Assembly (NCBI GenBank): GCA_012295275.1
Contig: CM022672.1
Coordinates: 2,294,001 to 2,358,000 of the forward strand
Direction of reading: 5' to 3'
DNA length: 64,000 nucleotides
Source: Chrysomallon squamiferum
Taxonomy: Eukaryota > Animalia > Mollusca
Notes under the pieces: generated by a model
What the model was told of the DNA's origin: nothing
What the model saw: the letters and a program-made list of their open reading frames with translations, nothing else
Database searches by the model: none
Translations under genes and position numbers: made by a program
Shown: positions 14,711 through 36,439 of the stretch, piece after piece
Numbering within the stretch: position 1 is the first letter of the stretch
Layout of the letters: every line of letters begins with the position of its first letter

Positions 14711-15661
14711 AGATCAGATTCTAAAGAGCAGTTTCTCTCTAGATTCTTTCGCTTCATTGTAAAATATCGTTATGTAAAGTAAAAAGGTTTTCAGGACAGC
14801 GTTTTGGTTTTTGTTATTTTTCAATGCCACCTCGAAAGTCAATAATGGGACGTATTCCCTGATTCGACCTGCAGAGTAAAATTATCGCTAGAAGGATACA
14901 TTAAACTTTCCCTAATTCAAAGTTCAAAATAAACGGACTGTTTGTGATCAAAATGAAGACAACTGTACAGGGGATGGTGTTTTTATCTTCAACAAGATAA
15001 AGAGTAAGACTGGAAATATTAATAAAGAAATAAAGTCAATAAAGCAAATAATAATAAAAATAATAATAACAATACTTCCACTAAAAAACGATTAATAAAA
15101 TAAAATATGACAATTCAAAAAATTAGTAAAAAAATAAAAAAAATAACTTCAACAACAACAGCAACAACAGCAACAACAAAAAAAAAAAAAATAACGAAGC
15201 ACTATAAAAATAAAGGACAACGAGATAAATAAAACAAACAAACAAAAAAAAAAAAAAAAAAAAAAGAAATGAGAAAGAACAAAAACATGTAAAGTATTCT
15301 CAGACATCCATGTCATGTACCTGCATGTTGTTAGTTCAGACCAGTTTATACAAGCTAACCACGACTAAACGATAAAAGAAAAAACCCTGGACATACATAT
15401 CACCTTGAACTTAGGTAACAGTTTAGCCTTTAAACAAACGTCTGTACAGTACCTATAAGGACTTGGGTCGCCTTGCCTGTCTCATTTGTCTCACTGACTT
15501 TGTGATAACGGCATTCACACCAGATAATGGTAGAGAACACATTTTAAACTTACATATCGCGTCTTTCGCCTGAGAAGTCAACATCTGATTCGGAGAGATA
15601 CTAGGTAAGAATATACAAATAGAATTTATAAATGTCGATAAATGTTTATTATATCTATATT

Positions 15662-15701
<40 letters not shown>

Positions 15702-16253
15702 ATACATACTACTCGCTATATAAACATAAATAACAATCATCTAATTATCATATGCTGCCACTGATGTAGAGAAGCGGATGTATTATTTCTCATTTTTATT
15801 ATTTAAGTAAAGATAAGCTGTGATATTTTAATGAAATTTTTAGCCTAAGCTGCTGCATTTTTGTTGTTTGTTTTATATATGACTGATGTCTTAATATAAG
15901 AAACCCTACTTGAATAAAGTTTCTTTTTTTAAAGATTGAAGCAAATAACAATAAAATTAATAATCAAATAAATCGTTCATGTAAAATAAAAGGAATTAAA
16001 ATAATATTAAAATAAAATATCGTTAAAATAAAAAAAAAAAAAATAGTAGACAACAACAGCAATAACAAAACAACAAACAAAAATAATAATACATAATAAT
16101 AAAATAAAATAATAGAATTAACATCTGTACAGTCATTAGAATAACCTATAATAATAATAATAATGATGATGATGATGATAATAAAAATAATTAAGTTTAT
16201 AATAATAATAATTAAAATAATTAAGTTTATAATAATAATAATGATAATGATAC

Positions 16254-16302
<49 letters not shown>

Positions 16303-16446
16303 TTTAGTTGTATCATAATTATTTTATAGATTCTGTTCATGTATCTGTGTAATATTTAAGGTCATAATAATGCATTGCATGCTGTATTTGCTCAAGTTTT
16401 ATAGTAGCAATAGTAGTAGTAGCAATAGTAGTAGTAGTAATAGTAA

Positions 16447-16493
<47 letters not shown>

Positions 16494-18089
16494 ATACTAG
16501 TAGTTATTATTATATTTGATGCACCACCCCAGTTTGAAATACTGGATCCACCCTTTTTGTTAAACTGAAGGTCAGCTGTTATTTCTTGAACTTTGTATTT
16601 AGATTATCTTATCGTTTGTAATTTATATCATTCACGCCTCTATTATTCGTTCCACCATACTATTATTCATTCATTAATGTGTCCTTCTTTACTTATTTTC
16701 TGTTTTCCTGACGCCATTCTTTTAGTATTTAGTTCTCTGTAGAAATACCTGTCTGATTGCTGATTACTGATTGATTGACTAATTCATTCTTTCGTTTGAT
16801 GATTTACAAATTCATGTTTTGATTCATTATTTCGATCATGATTTTCTTTGGCTGATTTTATTTTCTGTATAAAATGCTTTCCGTTTCTATAATATCCTTT
16901 CTTTCTTCCTTCCTTCCTGTTTTCTTTTATTCCTGATGTTATTCTTTATATTGAGATATGTTTGTAGAAAATACTTTACTTTCATTCAGTTTTTTCTTTT
17001 GTTCGATAGCATCTCTTTCCGTGAATAACACATCTATATAGACTAAAGAAACTGTGCTTTAATCTAATGATATGAATCTAATGATATAAATCGTTATACG
17101 TTGTAATGTTAATAATAATAATTACACTCGTCATTTCTAAGAATTCAGTTATATAAGCTATCGTATGTGTTTGTTTAAATCACAAAGAAGAAAAACAAAA
17201 ATAAGGAAGGAAAAGAAAAGAAACATCGGATATAAATATTGTCATTATTACAGTTAACAATTAAGATTAGTTTTATTAAAATTATCTATGCATCTCCGAC
17301 ACAACTATTATCTTCTACCAAAATTATCAGTTAATACGTATTTATCCTCTTCATGCTTCTGTTGCAACTACCACCAGTACCACGACCAACAACACTAGAA
17401 TCATCACCATAATTACTATAAAATTATTACTACTGCTGTTGGTGTTACTACTACTATTACTATTATTACTGTTATTAATAGTATTATCTCTGCTACGAAA
17501 ACGACTGTAGTAGTTATTAATACTGTTACTATTATTATTGCTACTACGGCTACTACTACTAATACCACAAGGACGACTACTACTACTTCTGCTACAGCTT
17601 CTATTCCTACTGCTATGATCTCGTCTCCTAGGAGTTCAACAGCAGTTAGCATCACTGATCTGCTAACACTAGCATTGTTATGAATACAGTTACGATATCA
17701 ACACTGAAATCTTTAATATTTTCTCAAAACCATTTGTTTAGCACCAAATAATCATAGCATAAAAAGTTCTTGTATTTGTTTATAATGAACGAAAACTGTC
17801 AGGGTATGATGATACATTATCAAAGTAATCAAGAGATTATGAATCTCTTTCTCAACCTTTGAACTTAGGTCAACAGCAAAACAAACACAGCAGATGTTAT
17901 TACCTACTGATTTGAATCTCTCGGCCCTATTTTTCACTTTCTTGGTTATACCATCTTTATTGACCTGATTGCAGAAGTTCGTTGACCTCTGAAATTTTTA
18001 ATCATGTCTGGTAAAATCTAAAAGAGAAACGCTCAAAATTTGTATTACATATTAGTTTAGATATCTTTCTCAATAAGTGAGTAAATCTT

Positions 18090-18280
<191 letters not shown>

Positions 18281-18586
18281 AGACACACTCTAAGATGGAT
18301 TTTTCCTAATTCCTTTTTTATGAATAATTAGCTTTTTATACTCTACATTTTAAAAAGAAATAAAAGAGAGAAAATAATCGTCAAAGAAAAAGAATAAAGA
18401 AATAAAAAGAGAGAAAATAATAATCTCTCTTGTCTGAAAAAAAAAAAAAAAAGCTATGATGTATTTATTAGTTAATTTACAGATTATACACAATGATTAA
18501 CAACTAACACGTTGTTTCTGTCTTTTATTTTTGCAATCTTTACACCTCGTTTTAACTTAAAGGATAGATATTTCTGTGACTGCAGG

Positions 18587-19486
18587 ATGAAGTTTGATGA
18601 GGTACTTGAAGAAATTGGCGAATTTGGACCCTACCAGAAACGCGTTTATTATCTGTCATGTTTACCAGCCGTACTTTCCGCGATGCAGACTCTTTTGCCA
18701 GTATTCATCCTTGGAATCCCGGAACACAGGTATGAATGTGAAAAATGTCTCGATCTTATTTTATTGTCGTAATTTTATCTGAAAAAAGATGGTCGTGTTT
18801 GTCCTTCGGACTATTTTCTGTCATCGAAGGCCAGACTGGTCGTATAATTTTCAGTATTAGTGTTTTACTCAAATGTGTTAATTTTCACTATTTTGTCTAG
18901 TTCACATCGTCTCTTTTCATTCAAAGAAGCTTTCCATAGGCAATAATTATGTGTGGTAGTATTCTTGTAACCTGCTATTAAAATAAAAAAATAAAAATAA
19001 AATAAAATATAATAAAATAAAATAAAATAAAATCTTATTTATTTTCCTTTTGTAAAATCATTAGATACCAAAGCAACCACTTTTTGATATTAAACGCTCA
19101 TATTAAAATAAGTTTATTCATTCCTATAATTTCAGATGCAGAATTCCTGGAATGTCAAATGACTCGTTTGAGGTTCAAAGCGAGGCTCACGCGAGACTAA
19201 TTAACATGTCCATACCTCAATCTGCAGCAGACGAAGAAGGGCTCTATTCTCACTGCACAGTTTTCAATCATTTTGAAAACGGTTCCTGGAACAATTTTGG
19301 TCAAGCAACAAACGAAACTGAAAGTATACCTTGCAGCTCTTGGGTGTTCGATAAGACCTCATTTTATCCAACAGCCATAACTAAGGTATTATTTATATGT
19401 TACAAAATCGTTAACAAAGGTAAAAACAGCAGCGGCATCAACAACAACAGGAATATTAACAATGAAACAATAACAACAACTACTCA

Positions 19487-19542
<56 letters not shown>

Positions 19543-19546
19543 TAAC

Positions 19547-19636
<90 letters not shown>

Positions 19637-20202
19637 AAAAAAAGAAGAATAGTAACATCAACTATAAAAGGAAGAAAAAGAAAAAAAGCCAATGAAATAG
19701 AAGAAAAAGTATAACAACTACAACAGCCATACTAACAATAACATTAACAATAACCTGTAGTAAATATGATGACGATAATATCATGGTATCAAACATTAGA
19801 AAGTTTGGAATAGAAAATCAGGTATTTTGAGTTTTTTTGGCAAGAGCAGAAGAGATTGATTAACGAAGGATTAGTTACAGCAATGTAGAGAGTCGACATT
19901 TATCATTTCTATATCATCACTGCAACTGTTACTAGAATGAGATATCGATAAACAGGAATCCTTCAGCAGATCACGGCATTTCGAATTATGACGTAAACTC
20001 ATCTTTACACTTTCAGTTTGAAATGGTGTGTGGAAATGAGATAATGAGGTCACATTCTAACATGGTGGGCTTTGGAGGAGCTCTCACTGGTGCACTGGTT
20101 CTTGGTCTTATCACTGACATGTAAGATTTTTAAACATTAATTTTAGACAGTCTGTACATACATCAGTATGTGTTAACAGACTCATTTTCCTGTCAGAGAA
20201 TT

Positions 20203-20259
<57 letters not shown>

Positions 20260-21055
20260 GTACTATTACTAATAATAATAATAATAATAATAATAACAAT
20301 AATAATAATCATCATAATAATAACGATGAAAAAGGATGAATAACGATGATAATATAAGATATTTAAATGCTTTTTAGATAATCTATTGATTAAATGTCCT
20401 GTCCGAGGAGTACTACTACAACAATGATAATAATAATAATGATGATGATGATGATGATGATAATGATGATGATGATAATGAAACTAATAATATTATTATC
20501 TGATCCACGTAGCAAAGATTTAATTAAGTTCGCTTTTTTTTTTTATTAACCTTTGAGTGAAAGTTTTGTATTTCTTTATAAGTTGTTCAAATAGTATCTT
20601 TTTCTTTCTTTTTAAAAAAAAAAAAAAACAAACAAAAATTACGTGTGCTACATAATGTTTCAGCATAGGCAGAAAGAAGTGTCTTCTGATTTCGCTGACA
20701 TTACAGCTGGCGTCGGGTGTTGGGATCGCGTTTGCACCGAATTTCATCCTGTTCACAGTTTTCATCTTCATCAATGGAATTGCTAAGATGGGAGAATTCA
20801 TGATTGCTTTTGTCATTGGTAATAAATAAGTGTACTTATATATCTGTTTGCTTATATATCTAACTATATATGTCTCTCTTCTTACCTATCTAACTGTCTG
20901 TCTGTCATTCTTACCTATCTGTCTGTCTCTTTGTCTGTGAGTCTCAATCTGTCTATCTATCCCCCTTTAATGAATCTACTATTTTCTTCGCCTTTATGCC
21001 TTAATTATAGATAGTATTATAAGATGATTATGATATATCATTATGATATATATAT

Positions 21056-21105
<50 letters not shown>

Positions 21106-22367
21106 TCAGCAAATCAAGCAAGAGTATTTAAAAATAGATTAGATCTAGCCAGTTACTAAATGTCTCAACAAAATAATGTTTTATTTGAAAACACTGGCTC
21201 TGCCACAAAGATCTGAAAATATTCATAATATTGTGCCACATTTTCTTTTTCTGAAAGGATTTTTTATTTTTTGGGATCGTCTTTAGTGTAATTATAAATA
21301 TAATTAGAAGAGGGGGAAAAAATGAGTAATTTAGTAAATTATTCTGTTGAAAATGAAATGCATTTTTCAATAGAATATGCCAGAAAAGAAATTTAGTTTC
21401 TTAGTTAATAATTTATCATTTTGTTTGGAATTAGGAATGGAACTAGTGGGGAAAACAAAGAGAACATTCGTTGGACTGATCATAGAGTGTTTCTGGAGCT
21501 TTGGACTTATTGTTCTAGCTGGAATGGCGTACGTCATTCGAGACTGGAAGTATCTTCAGTTGGCTTTGTCACTTCCAGCCGTGTTCTTCTTCGTTTATTG
21601 GTGGTAGGTAAGACCATGTAATAATGACGATACTAAAACGGAAATATGATAACAGAAACTGGTTACTGTTATATTGTACAAGGAACATTTTTTAATGTAC
21701 TCTGTGTACATTTAATATCTCCTGACCTTAGATAGAAACCTTTACCTTTCTCTGTGTTAGACAAAGCTGAAAACGAACCGTGTCTCTGTGGTATAACCTA
21801 CTTTAAAAAATCTGAAAATAAACCTTTACGAAAATCTTTATTTCACTTTATAACATTATAAATCTTTTATTAGCCTGTTTCGTACTTAATATCAATTTAA
21901 GGAATTTTATGTTTTTAGCTTTCTTTTTCTTTTCTTATATCAATAAGATTCTATATTGGAATGATAAATGTTAGTGTAGGTGTAGTGGTAATAGCATCAC
22001 CAGAAGTATCACTACTTGCAATTATTGTTTTTCCAGTAGCATAAATAGAAAAATCAATGGTATTCTTTTGGAAGTGGTATTTGTAACATAACGAGTTTAT
22101 CAGATTCTATCAAAATTACACAGGATATTGCCAGAGTCTCCTCGATGGCTGCTAACACAAGGCAGAGTCAGGGAAGCGGAAGAAATCATTAAGAAAATCG
22201 CAAAGTCAAATGGTGTCGAGTTGAGAAAAGATCTGATCAGGGAGATAACTCTGGACGATGGACCACGTGCTAAAATAACAGCCATGTTTACCTCCCCTGT
22301 TCTACTTCTCAGATGTGTCATTATATTTTTTAACTGGTACAGTTTTAAATAATACTCAGCAGTGACG

Positions 22368-22402
<35 letters not shown>

Positions 22403-22415
22403 GAGAGAGAGACAG

Positions 22416-22485
<70 letters not shown>

Positions 22486-23957
22486 CATGAATGGATGATT
22501 ATATCGGCAAATTATAAGATAAAATGTTACGTAATATTATATCAGCTATTTAAGCATTTTAATGTGTTAACAACAACGGCAAGTTATTTTTATCATTAAA
22601 CCAGTTAGACTCATGTTAATGGTTCTTTTCTTGCAGGTTGGCTCTCAACATCATTTACTACGGCCTTGGCCTTAACGTCGGTAACCTCAGTGGCAACGTC
22701 TACCTAAACTTCGTCATCTCCAGCCTTGTGGAGCTTGCAGCTTACGTTATCTTGATCTTCATAATGGAAAGGACAGGAAGGAAAAAGATTTATCTGCTGT
22801 CGATGTTGGTCGGAGGCATTGCTTGTCTGGCGACAGTGTTTCCAGTGGTGTATGGCAACGATGGTGAGTGAGTGATACCAAACATTACCACCCGAGGCTC
22901 CTTGTTTACTTCTTTGCAGTAGGATCCATTAGCTATTATTTTATTTTGTTCTTAAATCTAATCTAAATTAGCAATGATCACATTCTGAGTTTAATTGATG
23001 TCTAAAGCTTTTCATCTACAAATAATTACAGAAAGATATTGTTTTTCTTGAGATCTTTTTATCAGCTTTACTATTAAAATGATTTCCGAGAATTCAAAAT
23101 ACCGAAATCTTAGATAATCTGTGATGATGAATCAGTATAATTGTTTTTTTTTTTTTTTTTGCTGGACAATAATTATAGATAGGAATTTAGAACCGAAGTT
23201 AATGGAGACTACTTCAAGAATAAGAACAACGCATACACACACGCACACAAAAAGAAGCTTAGATCTTTGGACATCTAATTAAAAAGCTATTTGATAATAA
23301 TTATATCTTACTGTGTTGCTCTTAACTCTGGATCTTTTTCAGGTCATAAATGGATAACTGTGACTCTGTCGATGGTTGGAAAGTTTGGAGCGTCGGCTGC
23401 TTTTGGAGTGATTTACGTGTTTTCAGCTGAGCTCTTCCCTACCGTCATTCGTCAGTCGGGAATAGGGGCGTGTTCCATATTTGAGGGCATCGGAGGAATG
23501 ATTGCACCGTATATTGCAGATCTGGTACTGTGTACATTATTATGATTAGTCAAAGACTGTCTGTTAAATGAAAAAAGTTGTCATATCAACATTTCGTCAG
23601 GGGGCACTGTATAAACGCACAATATCTTCCAAAGATTAAACAAAACAATCAAATATAATTTAACAACAACACACGTTTTGTGACGCATACCTTTGCACCA
23701 ATCGTTTAATTGTTATATTAGTAATGTCTTAAGCTTCAAAAAATAATCACACCCATAATAATGCTTATTATTTCTTTTGTTTTCGCTTTGTATACATGTT
23801 TGTTCAGTATTTCAAACTAAAAAATAAAAGGTACTTTTTCTTCTATTCATTTATTTATTTGCTTATCTGATTGTTACAGTGTTCGTTTTTTTTTTTCGTT
23901 TTTTTTTTATTGTACTTATCCGTTACGCTGGTCTTCTCGTCATCATCATCATCATAG

Positions 23958-23994
<37 letters not shown>

Positions 23995-25017
23995 CAGGGA
24001 ATTATCGTAGGAGGCCAGTTTGCTTCCAGTTTGCCGTTGATTGTTTTCGGCAGTATCACCATAATAGCAAGTTTGACGTCACTGGGACTGCCTGAAACTC
24101 TTAATAAGAAACTGCCAGAGACGATCGTGGATGCCAGAGAATTTGGCAGGTGCGTCGACTCCCTGCCAGTCAGATTAGTTGTTAACAGTAGACTACACAA
24201 ATACATATAACTTTTTAAAAAGTAACTGAAGTTTTAACATATGAACACTCAGTATAGTTAAACAGATACTGGTAAGATATAATACTGTTTTACTTCAGAC
24301 ACAGATCAACGAAAAACAGATACAAACACATACAAAAACACAACAGATTTAAATATGTATCAGTATACTTTTAAGAATCACACACATACAGACATACACA
24401 CACACACATACACACAAACACAGAATAATCAAAGTACACACATAATTTGAATAAGCATAAAGGCACTAATTAAAAAAATAAAAATAAATAAAAATAAAAA
24501 TAAAAATAATTTGTTTTTGACAAATACCATTCTTATTCCAGAAGCGTCTTCTGGTGCTAACATTACAACTTCCCAACAACACAATAACAGTAACAACAAC
24601 ATCAACTACTACTACAACTACTGCTGCTATCACTACTGCAACAACTGCTTCCAATACTGCTACTACTATTATTACCACATCTATTTCTGCTGCTGCTACT
24701 GATTTCTCTTGCTACTTAATCATACTACTTTTACTACTCCTACCACTACTACTAAAATTACTGCTATACTACAACATCTACTACTGGTACTACTATTACT
24801 GTTACTACTACTGCCACCACAATCATTACATTTGTAACTATCACTAGCAATTTTATTGCCTTACAGCTTTTATGGTTCAAACATATCTGTTTTTAAAATT
24901 TTCAGAGATGGTAAAAAGAAGAAAGACAGCACAGCACTGGATCCACACAATCACAACAACTTGCCATACATCGAAGATGAAGAACAAAAAATTCGCTTCG
25001 ATACATCACCTCTTTAG
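18587..25017 (+). CDS. SLC22-family organic cation transporter-like protein, copy A (about 568 aa)
   Basis: Exons 18587-18729, 19136-19385, 20017-20120, 20664-20818, 21435-21603, 22124-22336, 22637-22863, 23343-23524, 23998-24149, 24906-25017 (1707 nt, phase-consistent). SLC22 hallmarks: [17 protein letters not shown], Cys-containing extracellular loop, [30 protein letters not shown]. Confidence 0.95.
19487..19638. repeat. (AAT)n(AAG)n compound microsatellite
   Basis: Direct reading; lies in intron 2 of SLC22 copy A. Confidence 0.95.
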
Positions 25018-25981
25018 GAAAGGAAATGTCGTCGAGAATTCCTTTGCTTACAAATACAGTTTCTAAAACCTACTGAAGTGTCATTCATGCCGAGGCAGCT
25101 GTTTATAAGAACCATGAATAAATTTGACAAACAATAATGTGTATTTACAATTTACCAGTAGAATAGAAAATACAAAAACCAATACTTTCATGATATACTG
25201 TGATTATCAACTGACATATGTAATCTAATATACTCTTGAATACAACTGTAATAAATTCATATATTAAGCTTTATTTGGTTGGTAATAATTTTCTTATAGT
25301 AATAAAAGATGTTGACGTCTCATGTCATTAAGCGAATAATAAAAACTGTTATGCATCGTTATAGCAAATTATAATATAATGGTTTTATCACTGTTTGGGA
25401 TGCGCTATATCTCTGTTTCTCCTTCAGTCCATACATCCAAACAAATATCTTCTCTCTAAAGATTCATCTATCCGTCGTTCTGGTTCTGTAAATTCTGTAA
25501 AGTTACTACATCAGTCTCTCTATCCAATCTATTTTTATTTAGCATTCACTCGCTATGTAAAAGAAAAGTATTACAAATGTGTTTTTTCGAAATATGAATA
25601 ACCGAGAAAAGTGTGACAAATATCATACTTATTATTAACAAAACACAATAGCCAAATTATTCTGATTAATTACAGTGACATTTAACAAAATACAAGAGAC
25701 ACAATTTCTTTGGCCAAGTTTCAGTCTGAAAGGTCAGGCAACAAACTTATCTGAAATTAAAATTGAAAAAAAATAAAAATAAAAATAAAAACAAAAAAAA
25801 GGTTTAAGAAAAATACGAATATACCATTATTATAAACAGATCATGTAGGTCTTCCTAACATTACACCACAATATTAAAGCTCATTTTATCCAGAAGGTCA
25901 TAACATTATGAAAAAGGCATTCCTCCCTTTTTCTGAATTCTTGGATCAGCCCATACAATTGTAATCAAACACTCTACGACA

Positions 25982-26126
25982 TATAAATAGTGTATCACAC
26001 AGGATACGATATCACACTTAAGCTCTGCATTTCGTTTAACTTCAAGATAACACATACAGACGCACGATAACACAGTTTAAACTCGTACATGGAAATTTTT
26101 TCAGGATTCGAACAACAAAAACGAAG
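25982..26126 (+). promoter_or_regulatory. Candidate TATA box and non-coding first exon of SLC22 copy B
   Basis: TATAAATA at 25982, strong donor GAAG|GTAAGA at 26126/26127, and the ATG exon is preceded by an acceptor (TTTTCCAG). Short motifs are shared with the regions upstream of copy A (TACGATATCA near 17691) and copy C (AGATAACAC..CAGACG near 33436). Confidence 0.5.
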
Positions 26127-26478
26127 GTAAGAATACAGAAGTACTGTAATTGTTATATTTTTTATTATATGCAGTTAAACTTTAAGATTAACGATCGCAT
26201 TTTAATAACATTAATAACTTATTCAGTTAGACAGTGAGATGATAGAGAGGTGTACGGTCAGACACACACACAAACAAAGATACAAACAAACGGACAGTCG
26301 TATATACCGATAAATAAAGAGTTGACAATACACATACCTATGCAGACAGATTATTTTTTTCTTTCATTCAATATATATATAGAATGCATACATTCATATA
26401 TTCGTGTTTTTATCTATATCTGTCTGTCTGTCTGTCTACCTGTCTATCTATCTCTCTCTCTGTCTGTCCATCTATCTG

Positions 26479-26545
<67 letters not shown>

Positions 26546-26570
26546 CGGGTTTCTTTTCTTTTTTTCCAGG

Positions 26571-32150
<5,580 letters not shown>

Positions 32151-34176
32151 ATATTCACAGATTTTAATGATGTAAAATAGCTGTTATGACTATGGACCTA
32201 GAATGATATTGATCGTTATTCTCATCATGATCATTCGTGATCATCACCATTGTAATCATTGCACTGCCATCATTATATTTGTATTGTCACTATAATTTAT
32301 TGTTATATAATTTATTATTATTAATAAATAAATTAGTTTTAATGCTCAAAAAAAAATAGACTAGAGAACGAATTTTCCAAATGTATTAAAACTCTGATAT
32401 TATATACCAATTTTGGTTCGTATTCATTTTTATTTTTTATTAACGACTTGCTAATTAAAGACAAAACCTCTTGGAAGCAATATTGGACTGAAACAAAGTA
32501 ATGAACGGCATTTAAAACTGCACATGTGGATCGAGTTTGAACTGCTAATACATTTACACTAACAATTATTCCCATAATTAAATTACATGAGATGACTGGA
32601 TTTCAATTACAATAACAACTGCATTTACATTTGTTACAGTCCATGCAAAAAGTCTCAGCCACAATTACAAACAATTACGTTATCCCGAATTATTTTATTT
32701 TTTATTTTTTTCAGTGAAACTCAAACCATCATACGATGAAAGATAACGCATTCATTTTAAGATATATAATAACGCTTATTAAGAAATACCATAGACTACC
32801 TAAACCTATGATTATTAATAAAAGAAACCTTTGATATTTATAATACCCTATTTCCTATTGCATTTGTGCATTATTAATCTGCCCTATTCATTTTGTAAAA
32901 ATGTGACATTCACATCAGACAGTGAACTTTGTCAAGGTAACTGAAAGGTAATTCATCAGATTACAGTTATAATTCAGGGGCACTGGACTATATCAGGATC
33001 TTTTCAGTTAGCTAATGTAAGCTGTTTGCAAGAAAAGCATTCTTTGGGATTCACTTACTGATGCTTCCTGGCAACAATCGACCTCTCGTGTGCATGCTGA
33101 TGCTTTTAATCATACAGATTGAGATGCTTCCAATGTGTAACGAAAATGATATAGAAGATGAATATTTCTTTATTTTGAAAGGTCCTTCATCCAACAACGT
33201 ACGTTTAACATACTTCAAGAAATGCTGCTGGAAAAAGAGTAGATAAGAACTCTGTAAGTTTCTTAAAAATGGGTACCAACTGTCAGATATAATTGTTTTA
33301 TAATAAAAAATGTATACCCTATGGACCAAAAGGTTTAAGGCTAATAAACTGTAACTATACTTTATCAAGTACATTTATGTGTCCTTGTTAAGTCACATGT
33401 TATTTTTACCTACATACGTATTACCTTTCACACTGAGATAACACACAGACGTATGGAGTTCACTAGCAAACAACGAAAAGCCGAGCTCAGTATCTAATTT
33501 AATATTGTTTGAGGTAATGCTGTTTAACGTAATAACAATACACACCCACACACTGACAAATACACACACACACAGACACGCACATACGTTTTGTTTTTGT
33601 CTGTCATTGTATCAGTAATCTGAATACATATATGTTAATAAGTAAACAAACAAACAAATGAATAAATGTGTCAGTAAACAGATTTATAGATAGATGAATA
33701 AATTTATAAAAATACATAAAATATTTCATGGGAGATGAAATAAAGTAAAGAAAAATAGATAACAGATAAAAAAATTAAATAAAAAATTGTTTATATGAAA
33801 ATAAAATGTGTCATTTCAGTTTCGTATCTTACAGTGACATTGCTAACTTGACACAGCTGGTAATTTACTAATACTACACTGCTGCTGCAACAACAAAACA
33901 AGAACTGCAACTGCTGCTACTACTACTTCTTCTACTAAAGACTTTTTTCCTCCTCCTTCTTCTTCTGCTATTTCTACTACTCACGTAATATACCATTTCT
34001 ATTATGTCTAATTAGTTGTTGTTCTTCTACTGCTACAAATACTACCACTACTTCTACAACTACTACTACAACTACTAATACTAGGACTGCAGCAACAACT
34101 ACCTCTACTATCATTATGAATAATATGCTGTTCTTTTATTGTTTAATTTAAAGGCAGATATCTCTGAGTCTACGGA

Positions 34177-34402
34177 ATGAAGTTTGATGAGGTATTGCAG
34201 GAGATCGGTGAAACAGGGCCATACCAGAGACGAGTGTATTATTTCGCGTGTCTGCCAGCCGTGTTGTCCGCGGTTCACATCCTGCTGCCTGTCTTCGTTC
34301 TTGTAATTCCAGACCACAGGTACAGAAAAAGATGTGGATAAAAAAATATTTGTTGCTTGTTAAAAATCTTTTACAATCTCTATGGAAATTTAATTTATGA
34401 AG

Positions 34403-34433
<31 letters not shown>

Positions 34434-36343
34434 TAATAATAATAACAGCAAAACAACAAAAATAACAAAAAATACATAAATGACTGAATGAATGAAAAAA
34501 ATGAAAAACAAATTTAACGCTTGCAAACAAATTTAACGTAACAGTTAACAGGTTCATCGTCATTCTTGATTTTCAGCACTTCAGCTCCACGTGTAACAGT
34601 TACTACATTCAGATAAAAGACGTGTTGAAAATGAGAGAAGAAAAAGAATGAAATAAACCCTGGAGGGTTTTCTCTGTAATGAAGACATATATATGTATAT
34701 GTGTGTATAATTGTAAACGATCCTAAGAAACCATTTATATCAAAGGTACATTTATTACAACTCTTTCAGATGCAGAATTCCTGGATTACCAAACGATACC
34801 TTTGAGGTTCAAAACGAGGCTCACGCGAGACTAATTAACATATCCATCCCTCCATCTGCAGCAGACGAAGAGGGGCCATATTCACACTGCACAGTTTACG
34901 ATAAATTTGAAAATGGCTCATGGAACGAGTTTGCTGTAATTACAAACGAAACTCAGAAGATCTCCTGCAGTTCCTGGGTTTTCGATAAAACATCTTTTTA
35001 CCCTACAGCTATAACTGAGGTATTACAATAGTGGAAAACAACTAAAACTGTGTGAAAGACAACAACAACAACAACAACATCAACAACAATAATAATAATA
35101 ATAATGATGATGATGATGATGCTTATGATGATTATGATAATTATAGGTTCTAAATGTCGTAAAAATAATTTAATATTTATATATCTAACCATAACTGTTA
35201 CTAGACTGAGTTACCGACAAACAGGAATCCTTCAGCAGATCATGGCATTTCGAATTATGACGTAAACTCCTCTTTACACTTTCAGTTTGAAATGGTTTGT
35301 GGAAATGAGATAATGAGGTCACATTCTAACATGGTGGGCTTTGGAGGAATTCTAACTGGTGCACTGGTTCTTGGTCTTGTCACTGACATGTAAGATTTTA
35401 AAATTGATTTAAATAAGATACAAAAAGGATATTAACTTGAACTGTTTTACATTAGGAACTAGTCATAGATATTTGTATGACCTAATTCAAAGAAAATCTT
35501 ATATGTATTTTTTTTTTATATAATTTTTCCATTTAGCTTTTGATGATGAGAACAGCAACAACAGCAATAACTAAACCAACAGTAAAAGAACAACGACTGC
35601 GACAAGAAAAACAGCAACAACTACCATTGTCAGTAATCAGGATGATTTTTCATGTGGGTTTGTTACCTTTCCTTTTCTTTCAGATTTGGAAGAAAAAAGT
35701 GTCTTTTGATAGCACTAATCATTCAGCTTGGATCTGGCATCGGAATTGCGTTTGCACCAAATTTCATTACGTTCACAGTTTTCAACTATTTTAGTGGAAT
35801 TGCAAAACTTGGAGAATTCATGATAGCCTTTGTCATTGGTGAGATATTTATTTTATAATAAATAAACACACATTCATTTTTATAATTATTTTATGTCAAA
35901 CGTAGGATGACATATAAATCTAAACAGCTGAACAGATCTTCATAAATCATAATTAAGTGTCTGATGTATTATAATATAGTTTATTTGATTACAATTATTA
36001 TCTTATCCTGTGATGTTATTATGGAATCTATGAAATCTAAAACGTATGAATAGTTATTTAGCAATACTTCGCATGTTGAAATGAAATATAAATTGAAACA
36101 GAATGTGGTTTTTTTAATAAGTGTTCTTCATTTTGAAAAATATAGGAATGGAGGTAGTTGGACCATCACAAAGAACGTTCGTTGGAATCATCATAGAGTT
36201 CTTTTGGTGTCTTGGACTCTTCATTTTAGCTGGAGTAGCCTACCTCATTCGAGACTGGAGATATCTTCAGCTGGCTTTATCATTGCCAACCGTGTTCTTC
36301 TTCGTATATTGGTGGTAGGTCAAATCAAGAAATATGATCAGAC

Positions 36344-36439
<96 letters not shown>

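Noticed and set aside
24542-24560. Cryptic acceptor giving an alternative terminal exon RSVFWC* for SLC22 copy A
   Set aside because: It lies in low-complexity intron sequence, and the exon at 24906 is homologous to the terminal exons of B and C.
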